Below are positions 1-8,572 of a DNA stretch of 64,000 bases, in pieces; the first letter of the stretch is position 1, and each line of letters starts with the position of its first letter. Source of the stretch: a virus (taxonomy: Duplodnaviria; Caudoviricetes). The notes under the pieces are model-generated. The model was not told the origin of the DNA. It worked only from the letters and a program-made list of their open reading frames with translations, and ran no database searches. The stretch is taken from IMG/VR virus record IMGVR_UViG_3300037312_000330, positions 184,885-248,884 of that record. One strand, written 5' to 3'. Both the position numbers and the translations under genes were made by a program.

Positions 1-2
1 TC

Positions 3-896
3 GTTCGCAGTCTCGAGGAACAGGCACCTGCCAAGATGCCGGAGCCTACCAAGAAGGAAGCAAAGACCGGATTCAAGGAAAAGGGCTCCAAGACCTGGAC
101 TCCATGTCGTGCATTGCGTATCACGCCCGGTTGGATGCGTGACTTCAAGAAGCAAGCGGCTCTCAATCGCCACACTAACAAGAAGACTGGTGAGAAGAAG
201 GCGTTCCCGCTTAGCCACGAGAAGTACGGTGTTGACCTGGAACTCCAGTACGCGCCAGAGGAAAGCGCAGCCAAGAAGTACTCTCTGATGAAGGGTGAAA
301 AACGCACTCCTTTGTCGGAAGAGCAGCAGGAATATCTGCTGCAGAACATCGAGAAGCTGTCGAAGGTTCTGGAGATTGAGTCTTCTGAGGATCCGGAAGC
401 CGCACTCAAGGCTGCACTGAAGAAGTGGCAGAAAGAGTACGAAGACTGGGCCAAACGCCAGAAGAAGAAGTGGAAAAGCAAGTTCGGCGGCGATGACTCT
501 GATTCCGATGAGGAAGAAGAGGACGACGATGAAGATGACAAACCCAAGGGTAAAGGTAAGAAGGGCAAGAAGTCCGCACCCAAGGGTAAGTCGCGTGACG
601 AGGACGATGATGACGACGAATCGTCTGATGACGATGACGACGACAACGAGTTCGAGTACGACAAGAAGAAGTCCAAGAAATCTAAGAAGTCCAAGGATGA
701 AGACGAGGACGACGAAGACGACGAGGATGAGGATTCCGACGAGGATGACGACGAAGACGAGGACGATGAGCCAAAGTCTAAGAAGAAGTCCAAGAAGGAT
801 AAGAACAAGAAATCCAAGAAGTCTCGCAGCGATGACGATGATGACGATGATGACGAGGATGAAGAAGACGAAGACGATGAGGATGACGACGATTAA
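3..896 (+). CDS. Probable ssDNA-binding protein, C-terminal part with long Asp/Glu- and Lys-block tail (5' truncated by window edge)
   Basis: The frame is open from position 3 (VRSLEEQAPAK) into the ORF at 36. It has a folded-looking region (YGVDLELQY), then ~130 aa of alternating acidic and lysine blocks, and lies upstream of recA. SSB identity is inferred from context and the acidic tail. Confidence 0.5.
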   Translation, partial: VRSLEEQAPAKMPEPTKKEAKTGFKEKGSKTWTPCRALRITPGWMRDFKKQAALNRHTNKKTGEKKAFPLSHEKYGVDLELQYAPEESAAKKYSLMKGEKRTPLSEEQQEYLLQNIEKLSKVLEIESSEDPEAALKAALKKWQKEYEDWAKRQKKKWKSKFGGDDSDSDEEEEDDDEDDKPKGKGKKGKKSAPKGKSRDEDDDDDESSDDDDDDNEFEYDKKKSKKSKKSKDEDEDDEDDEDEDSDEDDDEDEDDEPKSKKKSKKDKNKKSKKSRSDDDDDDDDEDEEDEDDEDDDD

Positions 897-921
897 TTAG
901 TCGCATCGGCCCAACGGATGT

Positions 922-928
922 TGTAAAT
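922..928 (+). promoter_or_regulatory. Class A motif TGTAAAT inside an inverted repeat (GCCCAACG 909-916 / CGTTGGGC 935-942)
   Basis: Recurring intergenic motif, ~70 nt upstream of ORF 998. Confidence 0.5.
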
Positions 929-997
929 GATATGCGTTGGGCAACCGCATCAACAACCTGAAACATCTTTTCTCAAACCAACGGAGTAGAAACTCAA

Positions 998-1501
998 ATG
1001 GCGAAAATGGACAAAGCAGTTGCGAAGCGCTTCGAAGAACTCGAAGAGAAGCTGGAAGACCTGAAGAAGGCTTACCAGAAGCTCGCGAAGGGTGGCGCGG
1101 CTGCCAAGGGTGGCAAGGGCAAAGCCAAGGACGAAGATGATGACTCGGACGATGATGACGAGGACTTCGATCTCGACGATGAAGACGAGGTGAAGCCGGC
1201 CAAGGGCAAGAAGGGTGGCAAGGCTGCTGCCAAGAAGACTGCCAAGAAGGGTGGAAAGAAGTCCAAGGACGAGGACGAAGACGAAGATGACGACGCCGAT
1301 GAAGACGGCGACGACGATTCGGACGACGAAGACGACGAGGACGAGAAGCCTTCCAAGAAGGGCGCCAAGGGCAAGAAGGGCGCTGCCAAGAAAGCCGGTA
1401 AGAAGGGTGGCAAGAAGTCCAAGGATGAAGACGAGGACGACGATGACGAGGACGACGAAGACGGCGACGATGATGACGACTTCGAAGATGACGACGAATG
1501 A
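998..1501 (+). CDS. Low-complexity Lys/Ala/Gly- and Asp/Glu-block protein with short N-terminal coiled coil (histone-like/disordered)
   Basis: GGAG RBS upstream. The N-terminal helix FEELEEKLEDLKKAYQKL is followed by repeated KGKKGGKAAAKK / KSKDEDEDDD blocks, then a terminator. Confidence 0.75.
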   Translation: MAKMDKAVAKRFEELEEKLEDLKKAYQKLAKGGAAAKGGKGKAKDEDDDSDDDDEDFDLDDEDEVKPAKGKKGGKAAAKKTAKKGGKKSKDEDEDEDDDADEDGDDDSDDEDDEDEKPSKKGAKGKKGAAKKAGKKGGKKSKDEDEDDDDEDDEDGDDDDDFEDDDE

Positions 1502-1530
1502 TCGTCCTGCACTGAGCTGAAGTAAGATTA

Positions 1531-1568
1531 GGGGCTCGTCTGCAAACGCGGGCGAAGCCCCTTTCTTG
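1531..1568 (+). terminator. Rho-independent terminator
   Basis: GGGGCT...AAGCCCC stem followed by TTTCTT, directly after ORF 998-1501. Confidence 0.7.
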
Positions 1569-1598
1569 TTTCTGAGAACAACCAGACGTAGGAACAGC

Positions 1599-3248
1599 AT
1601 GGCAACAAAAGCTAAGGGCAAAGGCAAGACAGAGGAAAAGGCCAAGCGACGCAAGCTGCGTGAGAAGGAGAAGGCTGCTAAAGTAAAGGCCAAGATGAAG
1701 TCAGCAAAGAAGCGTGGCGGTCGAACCGAGGCCCTTGAAGAAGGGGAGGAAGTAACTCCGGCAAAAGGCAAGAAAGACAAGAAGGTAAAAGAACACGATA
1801 CTGCACCAGAAGCACGCAAGCTGGCCTACGGTCGTGGCATTAAAGAGCCTGACGCCATCCCAGGCATGGACATCGACGATGTCCTGAATGGCATCGAGAA
1901 GAAGACCGGTCTTGGGTCCACTGGTCTTGGTGGAGAGTCGGACACTCGCATGTCCACTGGTCTGCTGATGTTGGACCTGATTTCCGGAGGCGGCATTGCC
2001 CCTGGATGGTACACCACGTTCGGTGAAGAGCAATCGTGTAAGTCGACTCTGGCTATGAGCATTGCCAGTTTCTCTGTCACACAAGATGTTCCAATCATCG
2101 TCTATGCTGACTTCGAGGGTAGCACTACACCGAACTACGTGCAGAACATCCTGAACACCCAAGGTGTGAAGGCCACGGTGGAGGATGTGTTCGGAGTCAA
2201 GGATCGAATGGGCAACTATGTCAAGCGCCCACGCATCCGTTACTTGCCGTGCGACACCGCAGAACAGTTCTTCGACTATCTTGCAATGCTGGAGCGCACG
2301 CTTCCAGACAAGATCTACGAAAACGGCCAATGGTGGTATGTATATGAGAACACCAACGAGAACCGCAAGCGTCTCTCTCAAAGTGGTCACGAATACGACA
2401 AGAAGCGTTTCTCCAAGTACAATAAGTTCTACGTGCCTGCCAAAGACGGAAGTCTGCAGGTACTGATGATTACGGACTCCTATCCTGCGATGTTGCCGGA
2501 GCGTCTGGACGTAGATGAACCGGGTGCAGGTCTGGCTGCCGTAGCTCGCATGTTTGCCGAGCAATTGCCTCGCGTAAAGGGTAAGCTGCGCAAGAAGCGT
2601 ATCGCGGTGATTGGCGTGAACCAACTGCGTGACGTTCCGATGGCGAAATACGGCCCTCCGAAGAAGCAAGCTGCCGGTAATGCGGTGCGCTACTATTCGG
2701 ACGTTCGCTTCCAGAACACTGCGCGTGCTCTGTCAGCAATCGCCGATGCGCGTCCCACAAAGGATAGTCCTTATGAAGTAGAAGGTAGTGTAGAATACGA
2801 AGGCAAGGACTACTATCGCTACATCGACGTTCGTGGAGAGAAGAACAAGTACAGTCAACCAAACCTGCGCTGCTGGCTGCGTCTGTGGATTGAAGATGGA
2901 AACGGACAGGCTCGTGGATTCGATCCGGTGTGGGATACCTACGAATACTTGAAGCAGACAGGCCAGATGATTGGCAGCCGCAAGAAGAAGCTCGAAATGA
3001 AGTTGGTTGGCAACGAAGCCAAGAAGCCAATTGAGTGGGAAGAATTCAAGCGCCTGATCCTTGGCGAAAAGAAAGAGATCGCTGAGATCTGCAAGAAGAT
3101 CGGCATGAAGCCGTGCTTTGTGCGTAAGATCTGTTTCAAGCAAATGGAAGCTAAGAAGGGCATCGACATGTACTTCGAGCAACGCCGCAAGAAGGCGATG
3201 GCGAAGGGCAGCGACGATGACGATGACAGCAGAGGTAGTGAAGATTGA
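1599..3248 (+). CDS. recA: RecA/UvsX-like recombinase with Lys-rich N-terminal extension
   Basis: STGLLMLDLISGGGIAPG, Walker A GEEQSCKST, Walker B ITDS, IGVNQLRD and GNAVRYYSDVRF. ATG at 1599 follows AGGA. Confidence 0.92.
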   Translation: MATKAKGKGKTEEKAKRRKLREKEKAAKVKAKMKSAKKRGGRTEALEEGEEVTPAKGKKDKKVKEHDTAPEARKLAYGRGIKEPDAIPGMDIDDVLNGIEKKTGLGSTGLGGESDTRMSTGLLMLDLISGGGIAPGWYTTFGEEQSCKSTLAMSIASFSVTQDVPIIVYADFEGSTTPNYVQNILNTQGVKATVEDVFGVKDRMGNYVKRPRIRYLPCDTAEQFFDYLAMLERTLPDKIYENGQWWYVYENTNENRKRLSQSGHEYDKKRFSKYNKFYVPAKDGSLQVLMITDSYPAMLPERLDVDEPGAGLAAVARMFAEQLPRVKGKLRKKRIAVIGVNQLRDVPMAKYGPPKKQAAGNAVRYYSDVRFQNTARALSAIADARPTKDSPYEVEGSVEYEGKDYYRYIDVRGEKNKYSQPNLRCWLRLWIEDGNGQARGFDPVWDTYEYLKQTGQMIGSRKKKLEMKLVGNEAKKPIEWEEFKRLILGEKKEIAEICKKIGMKPCFVRKICFKQMEAKKGIDMYFEQRRKKAMAKGSDDDDDSRGSED

Positions 3249-3275
3249 CGGAAGGGCCCTAGCGGCCCTTTCTCG
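3249..3275 (+). terminator. Rho-independent terminator
   Basis: GAAGGGCC-CTAGC-GGCCCTTT stem-loop plus TCTC, right after the recA stop. Confidence 0.7.
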
Positions 3276-3300
3276 TCTGTAGATTCAACGGAGAACGAAC

Positions 3301-3414
3301 ATGACAGTGGCGACAGGTGCCACACAGAAGACGGCGGGCAAGGGATGGTGGATGTACTCGGTCCAGTCACTGCATCTGTACGAGCCACACATGGCGTGGG
3401 CGAAGAAGACCTGA
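3301..3414 (+). CDS. Small ORF (37 aa) not in ORF track
   Basis: GGAG 7 nt upstream of ATG; MTVATGATQKTAGKGWWMYSVQSLHLYEPHMAWAKKT; fills the intergenic gap. Confidence 0.4.
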   Translation: MTVATGATQKTAGKGWWMYSVQSLHLYEPHMAWAKKT

Positions 3415-3416
3415 CC

Positions 3417-3423
3417 TGTAAAT
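3417..3423 (+). promoter_or_regulatory. Class A motif TGTAAAT(GG)
   Basis: Intergenic, ~30 nt upstream of ORF 3454. Confidence 0.55.
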
Positions 3424-3453
3424 GGTTAGGCAACCAACAACCTAGGAGTCGGT

Positions 3454-4143
3454 ATGAACATCATGTTCCTGAACGGAGCGGGTGGCACTGGCAAGTCCAG
3501 TATCCTGCGTGAGATCGAAGCACTGCGCCAGAAGAACGGCAAACTGCTGGTGCATACTCTGTACAGCAGCACGCGCGAATCGTATGCGCAACTTGGTATC
3601 TCCAACGAGACGTCCAGTATCGACATGGATGATGAGACGCGTATTCGCCTTCAGTTGACAATCATGGACAACGAACGTGCTGCCATCCGCAAGAAGGTAG
3701 AGGAGATCCGCGGTCGAGAGGGTTACATGGGATACGATCTGCTGGTGGTTGATCGTGGTCCGATGGACCGCATGGCCTACTACCTGCTGACCATGATGCA
3801 GTGCTCCAAAGGAGCGTGCGCTCCGTTCTTCGACATGCTACGTCGCAACGCGCAGTTCATCAAAGAACTAGCCCCAGGACACGTGATCCAAATCGACTTC
3901 ACCTATCCGGTGCATTGGGACACCAAGGATGGCTTCAGGCAGGAGAACGAGTTCCAAACATTGGCGCTCAGTCTCATGACCAGCAACATCCTACAGAGAT
4001 ACGCGGCGGGCACTGGCTATAAGACGGCGTTCTGGTACGATCACGACTTCGCAACGCACAAGGGCGCAGAGCAGAAGGCGAAGGCCATCATGGAGCGCTA
4101 CACTCACCTGTGGCCGTTCGGTCCTGACTATAGCTGGGTGTGA
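3454..4143 (+). CDS. P-loop nucleotide kinase (dNMP/thymidylate-kinase-like)
   Basis: N-terminal Walker A GAGGTGKS and the TMPK-like LVVDRGPMDRMAY motif. Confidence 0.7.
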   Translation: MNIMFLNGAGGTGKSSILREIEALRQKNGKLLVHTLYSSTRESYAQLGISNETSSIDMDDETRIRLQLTIMDNERAAIRKKVEEIRGREGYMGYDLLVVDRGPMDRMAYYLLTMMQCSKGACAPFFDMLRRNAQFIKELAPGHVIQIDFTYPVHWDTKDGFRQENEFQTLALSLMTSNILQRYAAGTGYKTAFWYDHDFATHKGAEQKAKAIMERYTHLWPFGPDYSWV

Positions 4144-4150
4144 GGAGACT

Positions 4151-5185
4151 ATCATCGAATACATTGGCATCGGTGATCTACATGGAGACAAGATGGATGG
4201 CATTGTAGCGGATGCCAATACCAAGATCATCAAGAGCGTTCGCAAGTGCTTCAAATATGCCGTAGAACGCGGTATCCGTGATGTCATCTTCTATGGGGAC
4301 TTGTGCGAGAAAGCTCGAATGAGCTACGAGTTCCAGGTTGCCCTATACACGTTGCTTCTGGATACCAAGTGGCGTGATCTGCGTATGCACTTTATCCTTG
4401 GAAACCATGACTTCCAAGAGAACGGCAGTCACAGCCTTGAAGTATTGAAGGTGGTGTCAAATCTGACAACTAACCACATCCGTGTGTACACAGAGCAAAC
4501 CCTTGTGAAGATCGGTGGACGCAAGTTCAACATGATGCCGCATCCTGTTCTGGATACACGTCGGGACAGTCTGAACATCGGCCACTTTGAAGTAAAGAAC
4601 AGCTACAGGGACAATGGAAGACAGATCGACCACGGATTCACCACCCCTCATAAATGCTGCGTGGGTCATCTCCACACCAACCACAGAGTGCGAAGGGTAC
4701 ATTACAGCGGAACGCTCTATCAGACAAACTTCGGAGAGTCGTTGCCAAAGTACTTCCATCACGTCCGGTACGAAGACGATGACCCTTACGCTGCCGAAGT
4801 TGAGAACGTACCGTTTGAGCCACCTTGGAAGCTACTCAATTTGGAGGTAGAAACCGAGGAAGATCTACTTAAGATTGAGAACGATCCAGACACTCTATAT
4901 AAGCTGTTCATCCACGAAGGATTGAATCTGGACATTGATGATGTTCTGCGTGAACACCCCAACGTAGTGCGGCACAATAAATTCAAGAACAAAGAGGATC
5001 TCAAGGAGCTTATAGAACAAGAGTGGGACTTCTCCACAAACGCTTGGGCCGAGAAGGTGGATACGCGTGAGGTTCTCACCGAATACATGACCAAGAAGTC
5101 CGGTCTGAACAAGCAAGAAGTGAAGCGTGCGTTCAAACTGTTTGACCGCATTGTGAATAAACAAGTAGCTACTGTAGAGGAATGA
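4151..5185 (+). CDS. sbcD: SbcD/Mre11-family metallophosphoesterase nuclease (probable non-canonical ATC start)
   Basis: Motifs GDLH (upstream of the first ATG at 4193), GDL, GNHD, GH and GHLH, plus YSGTLYQTNFGE. GAGGAG RBS at 4142-4147. Confidence 0.85.
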   Translation: MIEYIGIGDLHGDKMDGIVADANTKIIKSVRKCFKYAVERGIRDVIFYGDLCEKARMSYEFQVALYTLLLDTKWRDLRMHFILGNHDFQENGSHSLEVLKVVSNLTTNHIRVYTEQTLVKIGGRKFNMMPHPVLDTRRDSLNIGHFEVKNSYRDNGRQIDHGFTTPHKCCVGHLHTNHRVRRVHYSGTLYQTNFGESLPKYFHHVRYEDDDPYAAEVENVPFEPPWKLLNLEVETEEDLLKIENDPDTLYKLFIHEGLNLDIDDVLREHPNVVRHNKFKNKEDLKELIEQEWDFSTNAWAEKVDTREVLTEYMTKKSGLNKQEVKRAFKLFDRIVNKQVATVEE

Positions 5186-5496
5186 ACATGACTATCCATT
5201 GTGTTGACCCGGCTCATATCTATGAACTCGGTGGCGGACAAACTGTGCGCTTTCTCAAGAAGGAACGTGTCTCTCCAGAGAGCACAGAGCTCCGCCTCGT
5301 GTACGACGGAACAACCAACGAGGAACTACTGGAAGTGCTGATCGATCGCACACAGACACTACAAGTCAAGTTCCCGTGCGACGAGAATCTTGCGGCCCTG
5401 ACGTACATGCACAAGGCACTCGCCGCCTTCAACGAGCGCACGCGTCGACGTCAAAGCCAGAATGTCGAAGGCACGGACAATCCTCATACATCGTGA
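5182..5496 (+). CDS. tad1: Tad1-like cyclic-nucleotide sponge (anti-Thoeris/anti-CBASS candidate)
   Basis: GTTNEELLEVLIDR...FPCDENLAALTYMHKAL..FNERTRRRQSQNVEGT follows my recollection of the Tad1 pattern (LLEIVRDRL...RENACALTHVEEAL..MNRRVEDRIERNVLGT); size ~100 aa. Confidence 0.65.
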   Translation: MNMTIHCVDPAHIYELGGGQTVRFLKKERVSPESTELRLVYDGTTNEELLEVLIDRTQTLQVKFPCDENLAALTYMHKALAAFNERTRRRQSQNVEGTDNPHTS

Positions 5497-5900
5497 AACC
5501 GATAGAACATATCTGGAAGACAGTAGCACTGGCTGGTGTCTATTTCGAGTACCAGCCAGATTGCTTCTATGCTATTGAACTTCCACGTGGATTCCGGTCC
5601 GTATCAAAGCCAACGGTTACCGATCTAGGCCCAGAGATAGCAGCGGCATTGGAGCCTCTAATTGGTGGAGTTCTGGACAACATTACAGAGATCCAAATTC
5701 AGCAATCCATAGAGTATGTGCTGCGGAAGTATCGTGAAGTAGATGCTATTCTAGTGTGGGCTGACGAAGAGAGGGCCAATCCAGTTCTGATCGACACCAT
5801 CGTAATGCGCAATGAAGGTGGTGGACGACTACGTGTCAGACCGTACTTCGATCCGGCAGAGATTATGGACGAGGCACTTGCCAAGGCAGGAATACCATGA
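5493..5900 (+). CDS. Hypothetical protein
   Basis: GTG start overlapping the upstream TGA (GTGA); ATGA overlap with the next gene. Confidence 0.6.
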   Translation: MKPIEHIWKTVALAGVYFEYQPDCFYAIELPRGFRSVSKPTVTDLGPEIAAALEPLIGGVLDNITEIQIQQSIEYVLRKYREVDAILVWADEERANPVLIDTIVMRNEGGGRLRVRPYFDPAEIMDEALAKAGIP

Positions 5901-6142
5901 GTCGGATGAAACAACATCCTTCACGTTCGCTAGGTTTGCAAAGCCTGTACGAAGAGTCCGCTATCGCTGTACATAAGAGGTTCAAGCATTGTGCAGAAGC
6001 AACCGGGCAACTTGCAGAGTGGGAAGCAGAAGACAAAAGGCTTCGAGAGAAGTTCCAACGGACGCGTGACTTCATCAAGAAATACGGACAGCACACTCTA
6101 ACGACCAACGCAGATGGCTACTACGAAGAAGCAATCACCTGA
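5897..6142 (+). CDS. Hypothetical protein (helical)
   Basis: Coupled start/stop overlaps within the operon. Confidence 0.55.
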   Translation: MSRMKQHPSRSLGLQSLYEESAIAVHKRFKHCAEATGQLAEWEAEDKRLREKFQRTRDFIKKYGQHTLTTNADGYYEEAIT

Positions 6143-7235
6143 AAAGAGAGAATCTGTCGCAGCCGCGCAGTTCCACAACAAACACCGACCGAAGACACTG
6201 GACAGAGTGATTGGTCAGGAGGCCGCAGTCAAACGCCTGAAGGGCATCATTGAAAGTGGCAGGATCCCAAGCACCATGTTGTTCACAGGTCCACCTAGTG
6301 CGGGCAAGACCACCTTGGCGAGAGCCTTCTCAGCGGATCTGCTGGGCGTCAAGAACCTGAAGCACCACCCAGATTGGCATGAGCTAAACGGTGCTGCAGA
6401 CGGTAACATTGACAATGTCCGTAACGTGATGCGGATGGCACGATTGCGTCCCCGGCAAGGGAAGCGTCGAATCATCATGATCGACGAATGCCACGGACTG
6501 TCCGGCGCCAGTCTAGAAGCGGTGCTAAAACCTCTGGAAGAACCGAGCCCACTAACTCTGTTCATCCTGGGCACAAGCGAGCCAGAGAAACTGAAGAGCA
6601 GTTTGAAGACGCGTGGCTCACCGTTCGCACTGAAACCGTATTCGCGAGAAGAGATCACCAAATACGCCAAGAGGATCGTCAAAGCTGAAGGCATGGACTA
6701 CATGTCCGACGAGTTGATCGCAACGGCTGTGGAGAATGCCAACGGTGAACTCCGTACTCTGTGCCAGATCCTGGAAGCAGTGGTTCAGGGAGCAGGCAAC
6801 AGCAAGAAGGTGTCCAAGGAAGACATCCTGCAGTCGCTGTCAACCATCGAGACAGATGACGCCAAGGTTGCAATGAACATCCTATACGAGACGTATAGCG
6901 GCAATTTGGAAGGCATCTATAGACACCTGCTGGACACCACCGACGGATATCGGATGGTCACACTGTTGATCGGGTTCAACACATTCCTGATCAATGCCAC
7001 TGTGCTCAAGGGCGAGAAGCATCGCAGCGTTTGGTGGAACAAGAACAACAAGGACATGTGGGAAGCAGTCAAGGAGATGAATGTGGGACTACGTCAAATG
7101 GCAGAAGTGCAGAGACATCTGCTGTCAGCGTTGGCACGACGTGGCACCTTCATGGTTCCAGAACAGCAGATTCTAGGTGACGAATTGACGCAAGCAGTCA
7201 TGCTCCTGAAGACGGCTAAGAAAGCAGAGAAGTGA
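6114..7235 (+). CDS. dnaX: Clamp loader AAA+ subunit (DNA Pol III gamma/tau- or RFC-like)
   Basis: KHRPKTLDRVIGQ, Walker A GPPSAGKTT, ELNGAADGNIDNVR, Walker B IIMIDECH, LKPLEEP, and arginine finger KTRG. Confidence 0.88.
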   Translation: MATTKKQSPEKRESVAAAQFHNKHRPKTLDRVIGQEAAVKRLKGIIESGRIPSTMLFTGPPSAGKTTLARAFSADLLGVKNLKHHPDWHELNGAADGNIDNVRNVMRMARLRPRQGKRRIIMIDECHGLSGASLEAVLKPLEEPSPLTLFILGTSEPEKLKSSLKTRGSPFALKPYSREEITKYAKRIVKAEGMDYMSDELIATAVENANGELRTLCQILEAVVQGAGNSKKVSKEDILQSLSTIETDDAKVAMNILYETYSGNLEGIYRHLLDTTDGYRMVTLLIGFNTFLINATVLKGEKHRSVWWNKNNKDMWEAVKEMNVGLRQMAEVQRHLLSALARRGTFMVPEQQILGDELTQAVMLLKTAKKAEK

Positions 7236-7735
7236 AGCAAACGCATGTAGTTGGTCCGGTGTGGTGTACTCCTCTTATGTTGGAAGAAGTTAAAAACAAC
7301 TTCGATCGTAAGGCGGATCATCATTCAACACAAGAATACTACATGCGTGGAGGGGCGCTTCGCCATGGAAGATCAGTTTGGTTGAGTCGAAGTTTTGGCG
7401 GAAAGATGGAGAACACGGAATTGTTCCCAAACATCGACACGTTCCTGCTGGGATTCTGTTTGAGCAACAAGACACGATTGGGTAGAACATACATACACAG
7501 ACTGAAGCCCAATCAACACATCGACAAACATGCTGACGTAAACGAACCGTATTTCTTCAACGTAGCACGCTACCAGATATACTTGAACAAGCCACTTGGT
7601 GTGCGCATCGTACACGATGGTCCAGACATTCCGGCAGGCCAGTTGATGTACTTCAACCTGTTTGAAGATCACGAATATATCAACGACTCTAACGAAGACT
7701 TCTACTTGCTGGTATTCGACGCGGAGATAACATGA
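7232..7735 (+). CDS. Aspartyl/asparaginyl beta-hydroxylase-like 2OG-Fe(II) oxygenase
   Basis: LGRTYIHRLKPNQHIDKHAD (HxD) and YFNLFEDHEYINDSNEDFYLLVFD (distal His), a double-stranded beta-helix pattern. Confidence 0.7.
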   Translation: MKQTHVVGPVWCTPLMLEEVKNNFDRKADHHSTQEYYMRGGALRHGRSVWLSRSFGGKMENTELFPNIDTFLLGFCLSNKTRLGRTYIHRLKPNQHIDKHADVNEPYFFNVARYQIYLNKPLGVRIVHDGPDIPAGQLMYFNLFEDHEYINDSNEDFYLLVFDAEIT

Positions 7736-8040
7736 AGTTCCGTAGAGGGGACAAGGTCTGTGCGTTATTAGTGGCGAACAAGTGGGGCATAGACTTCACA
7801 GCTTTCATGGGCAAGTTGGTGTCCGTAGAACAGACGGAATATGTGAAGAAAGCCACAATCAGGGTCACCCACTACTACAGTCTGTACTCGATGGACAAAC
7901 ACCAACCGAAGGAGTTCACACTTGACATACGATTGTTCAAGCTGCTGAAGTGGAATTCCACAACAAAGAAGAAGGTTGGGGACTTGCGAACAGCGTGCAG
8001 GATGCTGGATCAAATGACAAAGAATGTGAAGAACCTATGA
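7732..8040 (+). CDS. Hypothetical protein
   Basis: ATGA-coupled ORF. Confidence 0.55.
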   Translation: MKFRRGDKVCALLVANKWGIDFTAFMGKLVSVEQTEYVKKATIRVTHYYSLYSMDKHQPKEFTLDIRLFKLLKWNSTTKKKVGDLRTACRMLDQMTKNVKNL

Positions 8041-8468
8041 GCCTGCTATCAATACCTTGCTCTCATCTGGTGTACGTGGTGCGTAGGCCGGTTGATGAGA
8101 CAAAGATCGTTGAGATAATGCGTCCACACGAGGTAAGATCTCTAGGAATCTTTGGACCAGCAGAGGAGCCAGTTCTGATATTCCAGTACCTCGACTACGG
8201 CCCCCTGCCAGTTATGGTGTTGACAGTCCCAGAAATGTGTCTCTTAGATTGTGAGCTTTACGAGCACACTAAAGAGGTACTGGAATACGTTGGAAGGCAG
8301 ATTCCAGAACACATGCCAATATATCCATTCATCATGTTGCACTCAGAGAACTGGCGTGATGTGACGTGCTTGAACGAGTTCGTGAACAAGCATTGGCCGA
8401 AGATAGGGATGTGGGTTACCGGGAACACTGACATCCCAGAAAAGCACGGTGATGTAAATGGATCTTAA
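8037..8468 (+). CDS. Hypothetical protein
   Basis: ATG at 8037 overlaps the upstream stop. Confidence 0.55.
   Translation: MSLLSIPCSHLVYVVRRPVDETKIVEIMRPHEVRSLGIFGPAEEPVLIFQYLDYGPLPVMVLTVPEMCLLDCELYEHTKEVLEYVGRQIPEHMPIYPFIMLHSENWRDVTCLNEFVNKHWPKIGMWVTGNTDIPEKHGDVNGS
8453..8459 (+). promoter_or_regulatory. Class A motif TGTAAAT(GG)
   Basis: At a gene end, ~115 nt upstream of sbcC. Confidence 0.4.
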
Positions 8469-8572
8469 TAGTGCCAACGAGTATGGTGTGCCACTACATG
8501 CGTGCAACGGATATCGACAAGACGAGCACTATTGGAGCTGGCTGACACATCTCCGAATCAACAACTTGCGCC

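Noticed and set aside
493-1819. Long alternative-frame and antisense ORFs over the acidic/lysine-rich genes (e.g. 493-900, 950-1819, 1072-1512, 1215-1520)
   Set aside because: Shadow ORFs caused by GAC/GAT/GAA/AAG codon repetition lacking stops in other frames; Ser/Thr/Arg/Met-rich nonsense products without RBS.
2290-2460. Intein in RecA (also considered for terL and dnaB)
   Set aside because: The insert is short and lacks the C/S...HN-C/S/T splice junctions and LAGLIDADG motifs.
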